Origin: Ignicoccus hospitalis KIN4/I
Lineage (GTDB): Archaea; Thermoproteota; Thermoprotei_A; Sulfolobales; Ignicoccaceae
Length of the DNA: 32,000 nt
Reading direction: 5' to 3'
Assembly: GCF_000017945.1 (NCBI RefSeq)
Contig: NC_009776.1
Location: 60,001-92,000, forward strand
The position numbers and the translations under genes were made by a program. The notes beneath the pieces are model-generated. The model did no database searches. It was not told the DNA's origin and saw nothing but the letters and a program-made list of their open reading frames with translations. Below, one piece after another: positions 6,725 through 14,401 of the stretch (position 1 is the stretch's first letter; each line of letters starts with the position of its first letter).

Positions 6725-8026
6725 ATGACGAAAAAGTACTTGGTCCAGCACGCTCTGGGGGCGTTCCTGCTCGACCCCCAAGGGAACGTAGAGAGGTACG
6801 AGTTGAACACCAAGGACGTGGACGAAGCTGCGGAACAAGCGCTGGTGATGGAAGGTTGGGTCAGAGGGATGAGGGAAGGCGAGGAGAAGCGCGCCGGCTT
6901 GGCGGCCCCGGCGAGGAAGCTCCTAGAGAATTTAAAGAACGAGAACTTCGAGGGGGTCCTAGTATTCGAAACGGACTCCGAGTCCAGGGAGGCCGCTAAG
7001 CTGGGCTTCGAGGTAGCCGTAGAGCCCGCCAACGAGCCGGCCCGCGCGCTCCGATCCCAAGTGGCCAGCTTAGCGGTCAAGTACGGCTTTGTTGACAGCG
7101 AGAAGGAGTTTTACGAGTGGTTGAGGAGGGTCGACATAGAGGTCGTCAGGAGGAAGCTGAGGAGCGTCGCGCAGAAGAGGGACTTGCTGGCAGCCCAAGC
7201 GGTTAGGAGCATAGACGACATCGACAAGGTCGTGAACTTAATGGTGGCTAGGCTGAGGGAGTGGTACTCCCTACACTTCCCAGAGCTGGACAAGCTTGTC
7301 AAGGACCACGAAGCCTTCGTAAAAATAGTAGCCGAATTAGGCGGGAGAGACAACATTACCAAGGAGAAGCTGCTCGAGCTGGGCTTCAGCGAGGCCTTGG
7401 CTGAGAAGATAGCCGAAGCCGCTAAGAAGAGTACGGGCGCCGACCTAACCGAGACAGACATAGAGCAGTTGCAGAAGTTGGCGTCAATAATAATGAGCTT
7501 GTACAACTTGAGGAGGGACTTGGTCGACTACATAAGCTACATAATGAAAGAGGTGGCGCCCAACGTGACCGCCCTAGTGGGTCCGGTGCTGGGCGCGAGG
7601 CTCATATCGCTCGCCGGCTCCTTGGAGAACCTCGCGAAGATGCCAGCCTCCACGATACAAGTGCTGGGCGCGGAGAAGGCGTTATTCAGAGCTCTGAGGA
7701 CCGGGGGCAAGCCCCCCAAGCACGGCGTGATCTTCCAGTACCCGGACATACATAGGAGTCCGAAGTGGCAGAGGGGTAAGATAGCCAGGGCGCTCGCTGC
7801 CAAACTGGCGATAGCCGCTAGGACGGACTACTTCACGGGCAGGAACATAGGCGAAAGGCTGAGGGAAGAGCTGAGGGCGAGGATAGAAGAAATAAAGAGG
7901 GTCTATGCCAAGCCGCCCAAGAAGACCGAGGAAGAGAAGAAGGCCCCTCCGGCCAAGAGGGCCAAGAAGAGGCCCCCCAGGAAGGGGGGCAAGAAGGGCC
8001 CCAGGAAGGGCGGCAGGAGGAAGTAG
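6725..8026 (+). CDS. nop5: C/D box sRNP core protein Nop5 (Nop56/58) with a Lys-rich C-terminal tail
   Basis: 433 aa. It contains a coiled-coil region and a Nop domain: LREWYSLHFPEL...VGPVLGARLISLAGSLENLAKMPASTIQVLGAEKALFRALRTGGKPPKHGVIFQYP...RGKIARALAAKLAIAARTDYF. The KKxE/KKGP-rich tail is typical. Confidence 0.93.
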   Translation: MTKKYLVQHALGAFLLDPQGNVERYELNTKDVDEAAEQALVMEGWVRGMREGEEKRAGLAAPARKLLENLKNENFEGVLVFETDSESREAAKLGFEVAVEPANEPARALRSQVASLAVKYGFVDSEKEFYEWLRRVDIEVVRRKLRSVAQKRDLLAAQAVRSIDDIDKVVNLMVARLREWYSLHFPELDKLVKDHEAFVKIVAELGGRDNITKEKLLELGFSEALAEKIAEAAKKSTGADLTETDIEQLQKLASIIMSLYNLRRDLVDYISYIMKEVAPNVTALVGPVLGARLISLAGSLENLAKMPASTIQVLGAEKALFRALRTGGKPPKHGVIFQYPDIHRSPKWQRGKIARALAAKLAIAARTDYFTGRNIGERLREELRARIEEIKRVYAKPPKKTEEEKKAPPAKRAKKRPPRKGGKKGPRKGGRRK

Positions 8027-8031
8027 CCCCG

Positions 8032-8724
8032 TTGCCTCGGAGGCTGGAGGACTGGAGGGACGCCCGAGCGCCCTTGTTTTGCCACGTGTCTGAGGTGATC
8101 GACGAGTTCGGGGAGGTGGTTCACTGGAAAGGGCCCTTCGACGAGGAGAGTTTAGCCTTGTACAGCGTCTTTGGAATAGAGCCGTCTCGGGCCCGCGCGA
8201 ACTTAAACGTGGGCGAACCTGTCGCCGTAGTTAGGGTGCCCCCTCCGCACTCCAAGTTTAACGCCGTACGGAACTTGATGAAATTGGAACACGACCCCGC
8301 CTTGGTGGTCAAGAAGGGGGACAGAATCTTCGTCGAACCGGCCCTGAGGCACCCTAAGGGCTTCGCATCCTTGAGGGAGCCTTTGAAGGTCGCTAAGGAG
8401 ATGAGCCGCGAAGTCGGCCAGCCCGTAGTCCTCCTGAAGGAGGTTCCCGGCCATTGTTGTTGGTTCGTCGCCCCCCTCGCTTGGACGGCGCTCCCCCTCA
8501 ACGACGCCGGCGCCTTCCGAGGCGGCGTCCCGATAGGGGTTAGCGTCCCCCTCTTCCAGCCCCTCGAGGGCTGTTGGGAATACGAGGTAGAAATGGAAGA
8601 GGTAGAGGGGGAGGGTTTCCCTCCGGACGTTCTGAACCGAATTAAGGTCAACTTAAGCGATAAGATCAAGATGAAATTAGTACCGCTAAGAAAGGTAATG
8701 ATAAGGATGTTTGGTAAGCCTTAG
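8032..8724 (+). CDS. Hypothetical protein in the position usually taken by fibrillarin (not fibrillarin)
   Basis: 230-aa ORF with a TTG start, 5 nt after nop5. It has no SAM-methyltransferase motifs. The start is uncertain; an in-frame GTG lies about 17 codons downstream. Confidence 0.5.
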   Translation: MPRRLEDWRDARAPLFCHVSEVIDEFGEVVHWKGPFDEESLALYSVFGIEPSRARANLNVGEPVAVVRVPPPHSKFNAVRNLMKLEHDPALVVKKGDRIFVEPALRHPKGFASLREPLKVAKEMSREVGQPVVLLKEVPGHCCWFVAPLAWTALPLNDAGAFRGGVPIGVSVPLFQPLEGCWEYEVEMEEVEGEGFPPDVLNRIKVNLSDKIKMKLVPLRKVMIRMFGKP

Positions 8725-9644
8725 ACTATTACTGCCCACCTCTCGGGCTCGAGCTCCCAAGATGGGTCCAAGAAGTCGGGAGCCCAAGCCCCGGCCCTCT
8801 TATTGAAGAACGGCGACCCCACGCGCGTGAACACGCTCACCACCCTCTTCCTATGGAAGAACTTGACCCCATCCACTGGCGTGTGTCCCCTTACTACGTA
8901 ACTCACCTCGAGCGCTTCCAACAGGTAACGCGTGGCCCCCGGCCCCCAGAGGAAGCCCCTCCCCCTAGGCGAGGGGGCCCAACAAGCCTCCGGCCCGTCC
9001 TCCCAGCCGCATATGTTAGCCGGGTCGTTCCACAGAATCTCTTCCACTACCTCCGCCCGAGGCTCCCCGAAGACGCACTCGAGCCCCCTGCACCCCCTAC
9101 GCAAGAGGACCGTAGCCGGTCCCCCGTGGTAGGCCACGACAGCTCCGTCGACAACTAAGGCGAAGGGCAACGCCTCGAAGACCGACCTCGCAGCCCTCAG
9201 CACATCCTTCCAACCCTTGAACCTCTTGGCTAAGTGTTGGGGGAAGTCGTGGGGGAGCGGCTCCAGCCCCCTGTAAGGCTCGTGGTTTCCCCTCAGCACG
9301 AATACCTCGGAGGGCCTCCTAGCCTTGAGGGACAACACTAACAACAAGGTTTCTAGCTGCTTAGGCCCCCTGTCCACGTAGTTGCCTAAGAACACCAGCT
9401 TGTAGTTCTCCAGAACTTCTTTCAAACCTAAAACGTTCCAGACGTCGTATACGCTCACCAAGTCCCCGAAGAGGTCGCCGTGGAAGACCGTACGAGCGTC
9501 GGGCTGGGTCACTACGAAGGGCCACTCTCCTTCGAGGTGCTTCTTAGCCTCCTCGAGCAGTTTAGTTACTTCGTCCTCGGTTAGGGTCTCTACCGCCTCC
9601 GCGAAGGCCCCCAAGTCTTCTATTGGTAGGTCTTCTAACTTCAA
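8721..9644 (-). CDS. PPP-family (PP1/lambda-like) metallophosphoesterase / Ser-Thr phosphatase homologue with atypical metal-ligand motifs
   Basis: 307 aa. The ordered motifs are HGDLFGD (consensus GDxHG), GNYVDRG (consensus GDxVDRG), RGNHE, YHGG and RGH, with canonical spacing. Confidence 0.75.
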   Translation of the reverse strand: MKLEDLPIEDLGAFAEAVETLTEDEVTKLLEEAKKHLEGEWPFVVTQPDARTVFHGDLFGDLVSVYDVWNVLGLKEVLENYKLVFLGNYVDRGPKQLETLLLVLSLKARRPSEVFVLRGNHEPYRGLEPLPHDFPQHLAKRFKGWKDVLRAARSVFEALPFALVVDGAVVAYHGGPATVLLRRGCRGLECVFGEPRAEVVEEILWNDPANICGWEDGPEACWAPSPRGRGFLWGPGATRYLLEALEVSYVVRGHTPVDGVKFFHRKRVVSVFTRVGSPFFNKRAGAWAPDFLDPSWELEPERWAVIV

Positions 9645-9863
9645 GCCCCACCACGCTCCGAGGGTCCCATCGCGGTAATCTCTTCATCGCGCGAGCTCGA
9701 GGGGGGCAAGTCGTTGTCATCCCCCGGTCGCTCTCCTTTGGGCCTTAATTCGTTGACGGCAAGAAGCGCGCGGCCGAAGGGGGTAGGGGGCGCAGCTGAA
9801 GGGGGTCTTCCAGTACAGCTGCACCCAGCCCGGGAACACTTTGACCCTTATCTCGTGCCACCC

Positions 9864-10931
9864 TCAGTTTAGCTCCAAGCTGCCGAAGTAGCTCGCATGT
9901 ACGAAGTCTTGCATGACCTCTACCCTCTTGGTGGGTTTTAAGGTAATGTTATCTATCCTTATCTCCAGGACCGAGGGCGAGCCGTAGAAGGCGTAGGTGC
10001 CATTTACGTCCACGTAAATGTATCCTTCAAGCCACGTTATGTTGTTTATGCCGTATTTGGGTACATAATCGTAAAGCGCCGGGACGAGCTTCCCGTCCTC
10101 GCTTGACAGCCCGTACTTAGCTCTGAACAGCTTGGTCCCGTTTACGTTTTTGTTGGTCTCAACAATTACGAAAGTTCCGTTGTTCAGCCAGATTACCCTT
10201 TTGTTGAGGAGGCTGTTAAGTTTAGCTAGCTTAGTTAGGTTCATAATAAACACGTACCCGGCGTCTCTGACCATTATTGCTTCGTTGACCACCTCGCTCC
10301 ATATGTACTTAGGGATGTCCATAGTCCTCACGGTTCCGTACATGTTCACGAAGACGCGGGCGTTCAGCCAAGTAGTTAGGATTGCAGCTATCTTCTGGGG
10401 CGTTAGGTGGGCGTTCCAGTACCAGTCCTTCATAGCCATGTTACCGGTGTGGTCCGGTTTGTACTTACATGAGAAGAGCGCCATCAAGGTGTCGGGCACG
10501 CTGACCCTCTCGCCGGGCTTCAAGTACTTGGAGGCCACCTCGTAGAGCTCTAGCGCTTTCCAGAAGCAATGTAAGTTGTTGGGGGCTATAGGCCGGTAAG
10601 TGGTCAGTGACATCCACGGGTATATGGGGTAAGGTGCCGGCTTTCCCTCAGAGGCGTAGTAATAGTAATACTCGTATATCATTGCCCAGTAGGCCAGGGG
10701 GTCGGCGACGGCAGCTAGGGCCAGCACTAAGGCCAGCTGAGCTCCCCACACCCCTGCGCACAAGTAATTCTTCAGCTTGGACGTGTTCAATATTGCTGCT
10801 ACAACCATCATGGTTATCAAGAACACTGGGTACTGGAAGCCGTACCAGAACTTGAACTTGTACCACGAAGTGGTGAACAAGAAGTTCAAGAAGTCCGGGA
10901 GCCAGAGCAACGCGTTGGCGTTGGGGACCAA
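9864..10931 (-). CDS. C-terminal part of a DUF2079-like membrane protein (TM segments plus a sequon-rich extracytoplasmic domain); probably the 3' half of a split gene
   Basis: 355 aa. The N-terminal TM helices are followed by a soluble domain with many N-x-S/T sequons (NNGT, NVNGT, NNIT, VNGT, DNIT, MNLT). It overlaps the upstream ORF by 46 nt in the -1 frame. Confidence 0.6.
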   Translation of the reverse strand: MVPNANALLWLPDFLNFLFTTSWYKFKFWYGFQYPVFLITMMVVAAILNTSKLKNYLCAGVWGAQLALVLALAAVADPLAYWAMIYEYYYYYASEGKPAPYPIYPWMSLTTYRPIAPNNLHCFWKALELYEVASKYLKPGERVSVPDTLMALFSCKYKPDHTGNMAMKDWYWNAHLTPQKIAAILTTWLNARVFVNMYGTVRTMDIPKYIWSEVVNEAIMVRDAGYVFIMNLTKLAKLNSLLNKRVIWLNNGTFVIVETNKNVNGTKLFRAKYGLSSEDGKLVPALYDYVPKYGINNITWLEGYIYVDVNGTYAFYGSPSVLEIRIDNITLKPTKRVEVMQDFVHASYFGSLELN

Positions 10932-11686
10932 CGCGGGAACACGCTGAGCAGAGCGACTACTAGGAACTGAACCTTCACGTCGTTAAACCTTGCGGAGGAC
11001 TTCTCGAAGAAGATCGCCCACCTGTCGAACTGAAGGTGTACTAAGCCTAACTCGAGTATGAGAGCCAACAGCAGCGGCGCGGCCACTAGGACCAGGAGAA
11101 CGAAGGCCTTCTCTACGTTGTGCTTTACCTTCTTGGTAGCGACCCTCCATAACATTACGCCCAGCAACGGGAACGCGGCTGTCTCTTTGAAGAGAATTGC
11201 AAATATCATCAAGAAATAGCCCTTCAAGGGGGAAGTATCTAACACCAGATATCTGACGCCGAGGGCTATCAAGGGAAGCGCGTAGGCCTCGGGGTGTATA
11301 TCGAAGCTCACTATCCCGTGCATGGCCGGGTGGAGGGCGTAGGCCAACGAGGCGACTAGGGCTAACTTCCAACTCCCCAGCAGTTCGCGGGCAAGGGCGT
11401 AAACGGCATACGTCGCTAGCCCCAGCCCCACGCCTTGAAGGAAGGCCAAGGTAGCTACGAACAACCAACAAGGCAATACCATACATAGAGGCTTGAAGAG
11501 CAATAGGGCGTAAGAAAAGTGGACATTTAGCACGCCCTTGTGATGGGGGTACTGACATATAGCCAAGATAGACGTGGGAGCGTCGCCGTAGAACCTGAGG
11601 TCTAGGAACCTCAGCACGGAATAGCTCCCAAATACCACGGAAATTAAAATAATGTAAGTCGGCAAGGCCAACTTGCGTAGTTGCAC
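10886..11686 (-). CDS. N-terminal polytopic part of a DUF2079-like (GT-C-like) membrane protein
   Basis: 266 aa with about 8 TM helices. The pattern HFSYALLLFKP...LQGVGLGLATYAVYALAREL...FDIHPEAYALPL resembles the DUF2079 core (HFSP...Q...Y.la...DFHPE). It ends inside the start of the next ORF. Confidence 0.6.
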   Translation of the reverse strand: MQLRKLALPTYIILISVVFGSYSVLRFLDLRFYGDAPTSILAICQYPHHKGVLNVHFSYALLLFKPLCMVLPCWLFVATLAFLQGVGLGLATYAVYALARELLGSWKLALVASLAYALHPAMHGIVSFDIHPEAYALPLIALGVRYLVLDTSPLKGYFLMIFAILFKETAAFPLLGVMLWRVATKKVKHNVEKAFVLLVLVAAPLLLALILELGLVHLQFDRWAIFFEKSSARFNDVKVQFLVVALLSVFPRWSPTPTRCSGSRTS

Positions 11687-11689
11687 CGG

Positions 11690-12067
11690 TCACACCCCGT
11701 TGGAGCCCGGGTAGACTATTGGATAGACGGCCCCCTTCAACTTCCTCAACGTTTCCAAGACAGATACCTCTTGACCGTTTACGTTTATTAACAAAATGAC
11801 ATACTTACTCTTCATTATCACACATGCGAAAGCGGGCGCTTCTAGCGGCTCCAGAGCTCTAACTACCTTCTCGAGCTCGCTCGCGGGGGCTATCACCACA
11901 AATATAGTTGCTTTGTTTGGATCTTCAAGGGCTTCCAAATAGTTAATGAAAGCAGACGTAGCCATCTCTATTACTTTGGACCTCGATACGTTCAACCTTT
12001 CCGCAACTTCGTCTAAGCGCTCCGCCAATTCCTTTGGTAACGCCACGCCGAACCTCACGTTGGCCAC
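11690..12067 (-). CDS. Ribbon-helix-helix (CopG/NikR-like) transcriptional regulator with a C-terminal ACT-like domain and no His cluster
   Basis: 125 aa, GTG start. The RHH region is VRFGVALPKELAERLDEVAERLNVSRSKVIEMATSAFINYL. The C-terminal beta-alpha-beta-like domain contains no histidine at all. Its stop lies 3 nt before the DUF2079-like gene. Confidence 0.7.
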   Translation of the reverse strand: MANVRFGVALPKELAERLDEVAERLNVSRSKVIEMATSAFINYLEALEDPNKATIFVVIAPASELEKVVRALEPLEAPAFACVIMKSKYVILLINVNGQEVSVLETLRKLKGAVYPIVYPGSNGV

Positions 12068-12100
12068 TCAAACCCCGAGCAAAGGGAGACCCAAGTTCGG

Positions 12101-12120
12101 ATTTAAAATTTTAAAATTAT
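12101..12120 (-). promoter_or_regulatory. AT-rich tandem/palindromic TATA region upstream of the RHH regulator gene
   Basis: The sequence atTTAAAATTTTAAAATtat lies 35-55 nt upstream of GTG 12067. It contains the palindromes AAAATTTT and TTTTAAAA. It could be both the TATA box and an autoregulatory operator. It is also the only T/A-rich tract downstream of the small membrane ORF. Confidence 0.35.
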
Positions 12121-12128
12121 TAACTCTC

Positions 12129-12323
12129 TTACCCTACTTCCAGCACCCACCAAGATATGACCAACGCGGAGAGTACGACCGTTAAGACGTTTGTCCACTT
12201 GGCCAGTTGAGGGAACTTCAGAATCAAGGCTAGGAAGTTGCCCACTTGAGATATTATCCCTATAGCTGTTAACAAAAGGACTGCAGCTATCGTGACGCGT
12301 AGCGCGTCAGCCACCCTCTTCAC
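12129..12323 (-). CDS. Small hypothetical membrane protein (2 TM)
   Basis: 64 aa with two hydrophobic helices, VTIAAVLLLTAIGIISQV and LTVVLSALVISWWVL. It overlaps the gatE 3' end by 17 nt. Confidence 0.4.
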   Translation of the reverse strand: MKRVADALRVTIAAVLLLTAIGIISQVGNFLALILKFPQLAKWTNVLTVVLSALVISWWVLEVG

Positions 12324-14220
12324 CCAGTTCTTTCAATAGCCTCTTTACGGTTTCGGCTACGACCTTCCCGTCGACCTTGCCCCTAAGCTCGGCCATCGCT
12401 TTCCCCATGACCAAGCCGAAGCTCCTTTCTACTCCCCTCTTCTTTATCTCCTCTATGTTTTGCTGTATTACCTTCTTCACTACCTCTTCCACGTTGATCT
12501 GGCTAGCCGTGACGAACTCCTTCAACGCCTCTTCCACACTAGCTCCACCCGCGACCTTGCGGAGGACCTCCGGAATGGCTTCCTTAGCTACCTTACCCTC
12601 CGCGACTTCGTCTAGGACCTTCTCTATCGCTTCGTCGGAAATCTTGTCAGTCTCGAGTCCTTCCCTCTCCAACTCCCTCAAGGTGTCCACTACGGTCCTA
12701 GCCACCAAGTTGGCACTCAGCTTGTTTTTGTACTTTTTGATGAGTCTGTAGGCCAAATCGAAGCGTTCGCTGGATATGACCTTCTCTGCCATGTCCTTTG
12801 AAAGTTTATAGTCAGTGATCAATTCCTGGATTAATTCTATAGGGTTCTTCGGCTTCAGCTTCTCCGCTTTAGTTAGCATGTCTTCAGTGACCACTATCGG
12901 AGGCACGTCGGTTTCGGGATACATCCTCGCGGAGCCCGGCCTGGGCCTCAAGAACCGGGTCGTCCCGTCGGGGTTCGCGGCCCTAGTCTCCTCCGGCACC
13001 CCTTTGAGGGCGTACGCAGCCCTCTCCTTGACAGCTTCTAAGGCCTTCTTCGCGTCGGGCGGCGGCGCTATTACCATCACGAAAGCGTCTTCTTCGCCGC
13101 ACCCCAAGGCCTCTTTCAAGTCCTCTACCTCGTCTTCGGAGATCCCGTAGCCCGGGAGCTCGTCGCTGTGAATTATCCCCCCTACGCCCGCCCAGAACCT
13201 AGCGTAGTCCGCGAGCTCCGTTCCGAACCTCCGGTTCGGCTGGACCTCTTTCCCGAGGAGGCCCTTGAACTTGGGAAGTTTAATTGCATAGACTCTGCTG
13301 CCCTTGGATAACGACCTCTTGATCAACTTGCTCTCAGTATCCTTGAATATTTCAGTTACGTCCTTAATTGGTTGGGAGAGGATTTCTTCCTCTTTTACCC
13401 CCCTTCTCTTCAGCTCGTCCCTTATCTCGAGCAGCCTCAACTGTCTGATTACTTCGTACTCTACGACCTTGTCTATTATCTGGAGCTTCTGAACGCCCTT
13501 TATCTCTGTCTTGGTGCCTCCCTTAATGGAGACGTTGAGGTCTTGCCTTATTGTGCCCAAGCCCCTCTTTACCCTTCCGGTGAGCCTCAACATCTGGCCT
13601 ATTCTCAACGCTACCCTCTTGGCCTCTTGGGGAGAGGTTATCGTAGGCTCCGTGGCTATCTCTATTAAGGGTATTCCCAAGCGGTCCAAGTTAAACACGG
13701 TAACCTTTTCCTTCTCTTCCACCTTCCTCGCCGCGTCCTCCTCTACGCATATTGTTTCTATTCCTATCTTCTTGTCCCCTAAGTTTAGCTCCCCTCCGAG
13801 GGCTACCAACATAGTCCTTTGGAAGCCGGACGTGTTGGAACCGTCTATTACCATTTTCCTCATAACGTGAATTTCGTCAATTATTTTCGAATTGAATGCC
13901 TTGGCAATGGCCAACGCAATGATTATTGAATCCCGGTCGGCTTCGTGGGGCGGCTCTTCGTCCGCTTCCACCAGACAAGAGTGCCCCACCGGTGCCCTGT
14001 AGACGTAAGTCCTACCCTTCTTCCATTCGAAGAGGGCCGCCACGTCTACCTCGCCCAGCTCGCTCCTTACCGGCCTCAGCCTCCTCTCTATTACGTCGAA
14101 GTCCTCTTCTTCCTCGGCCAGCTCGGGCTTGCAGTGACAGAAGAGCTTTCTTTCTGTCTTCAGCTGCTGGTGGATCTCTAGGCCTACCTTTAAGCCCAGC
14201 TCCTCGTAGTTCAGATTCAA
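12307..14220 (-). CDS. gatE: Glutamyl-tRNA(Gln) amidotransferase subunit E
   Basis: 637 aa, TTG start. The N-terminus LGLKVGLEIHQQLKTERKLFCHCKPEL, the AspRS-like insertion domain and the GatB/YqeY-like C-terminal tail (GLVMGKAMAELRGKVDGKVV) are diagnostic of archaeal GatE. Confidence 0.93.
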   Translation of the reverse strand: MNLNYEELGLKVGLEIHQQLKTERKLFCHCKPELAEEEEDFDVIERRLRPVRSELGEVDVAALFEWKKGRTYVYRAPVGHSCLVEADEEPPHEADRDSIIIALAIAKAFNSKIIDEIHVMRKMVIDGSNTSGFQRTMLVALGGELNLGDKKIGIETICVEEDAARKVEEKEKVTVFNLDRLGIPLIEIATEPTITSPQEAKRVALRIGQMLRLTGRVKRGLGTIRQDLNVSIKGGTKTEIKGVQKLQIIDKVVEYEVIRQLRLLEIRDELKRRGVKEEEILSQPIKDVTEIFKDTESKLIKRSLSKGSRVYAIKLPKFKGLLGKEVQPNRRFGTELADYARFWAGVGGIIHSDELPGYGISEDEVEDLKEALGCGEEDAFVMVIAPPPDAKKALEAVKERAAYALKGVPEETRAANPDGTTRFLRPRPGSARMYPETDVPPIVVTEDMLTKAEKLKPKNPIELIQELITDYKLSKDMAEKVISSERFDLAYRLIKKYKNKLSANLVARTVVDTLRELEREGLETDKISDEAIEKVLDEVAEGKVAKEAIPEVLRKVAGGASVEEALKEFVTASQINVEEVVKKVIQQNIEEIKKRGVERSFGLVMGKAMAELRGKVDGKVVAETVKRLLKELGEEGG

Positions 14221-14250
14221 GTAGACCCCTCCTCCGTGCCCGACCTCGGG

Positions 14251-14256
14251 ATATAA
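14251..14256 (-). promoter_or_regulatory. TATA box for gatE
   Basis: The minus strand reads ccTTATATccc, centred about 33 nt upstream of TTG 14220. This implies a very short or absent 5' UTR. Confidence 0.4.
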
Positions 14257-14401
14257 GGTGTGTCACGGGGCCCGCGCCCCGTCGTAGTAGGCCTTAATGA
14301 CGAGGGGATGAGCTAGAACTTCCGGCAGCGAACGGTGAGCGACTCTGCCAGCGGCGACCCCCTTTAAGCGTCAAAGCCCATCTGGCTAACGGAACGTCGA
14401 G

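Noticed and set aside
9645-9863. A reduced (type T) RNase P RNA or a C/D sRNA in the long GC-rich gap
   Set aside because: I could not find the CR-I/CR-V-like GGAAAGUCC / ACAGAA-type motifs on either strand. The GAUGA cores present lack D boxes at guide-compatible distances.
14297-14357. A C/D-like motif set in the gatE/priL divergent region (AUGACGA ... GUGAGCG ... GCGA)
   Set aside because: The box spacing is only partly canonical, no compensatory pairing exists between the boxes, there is no terminal stem, and guide complementarity to rRNA is uncertain. It overlaps the promoter region of two genes.
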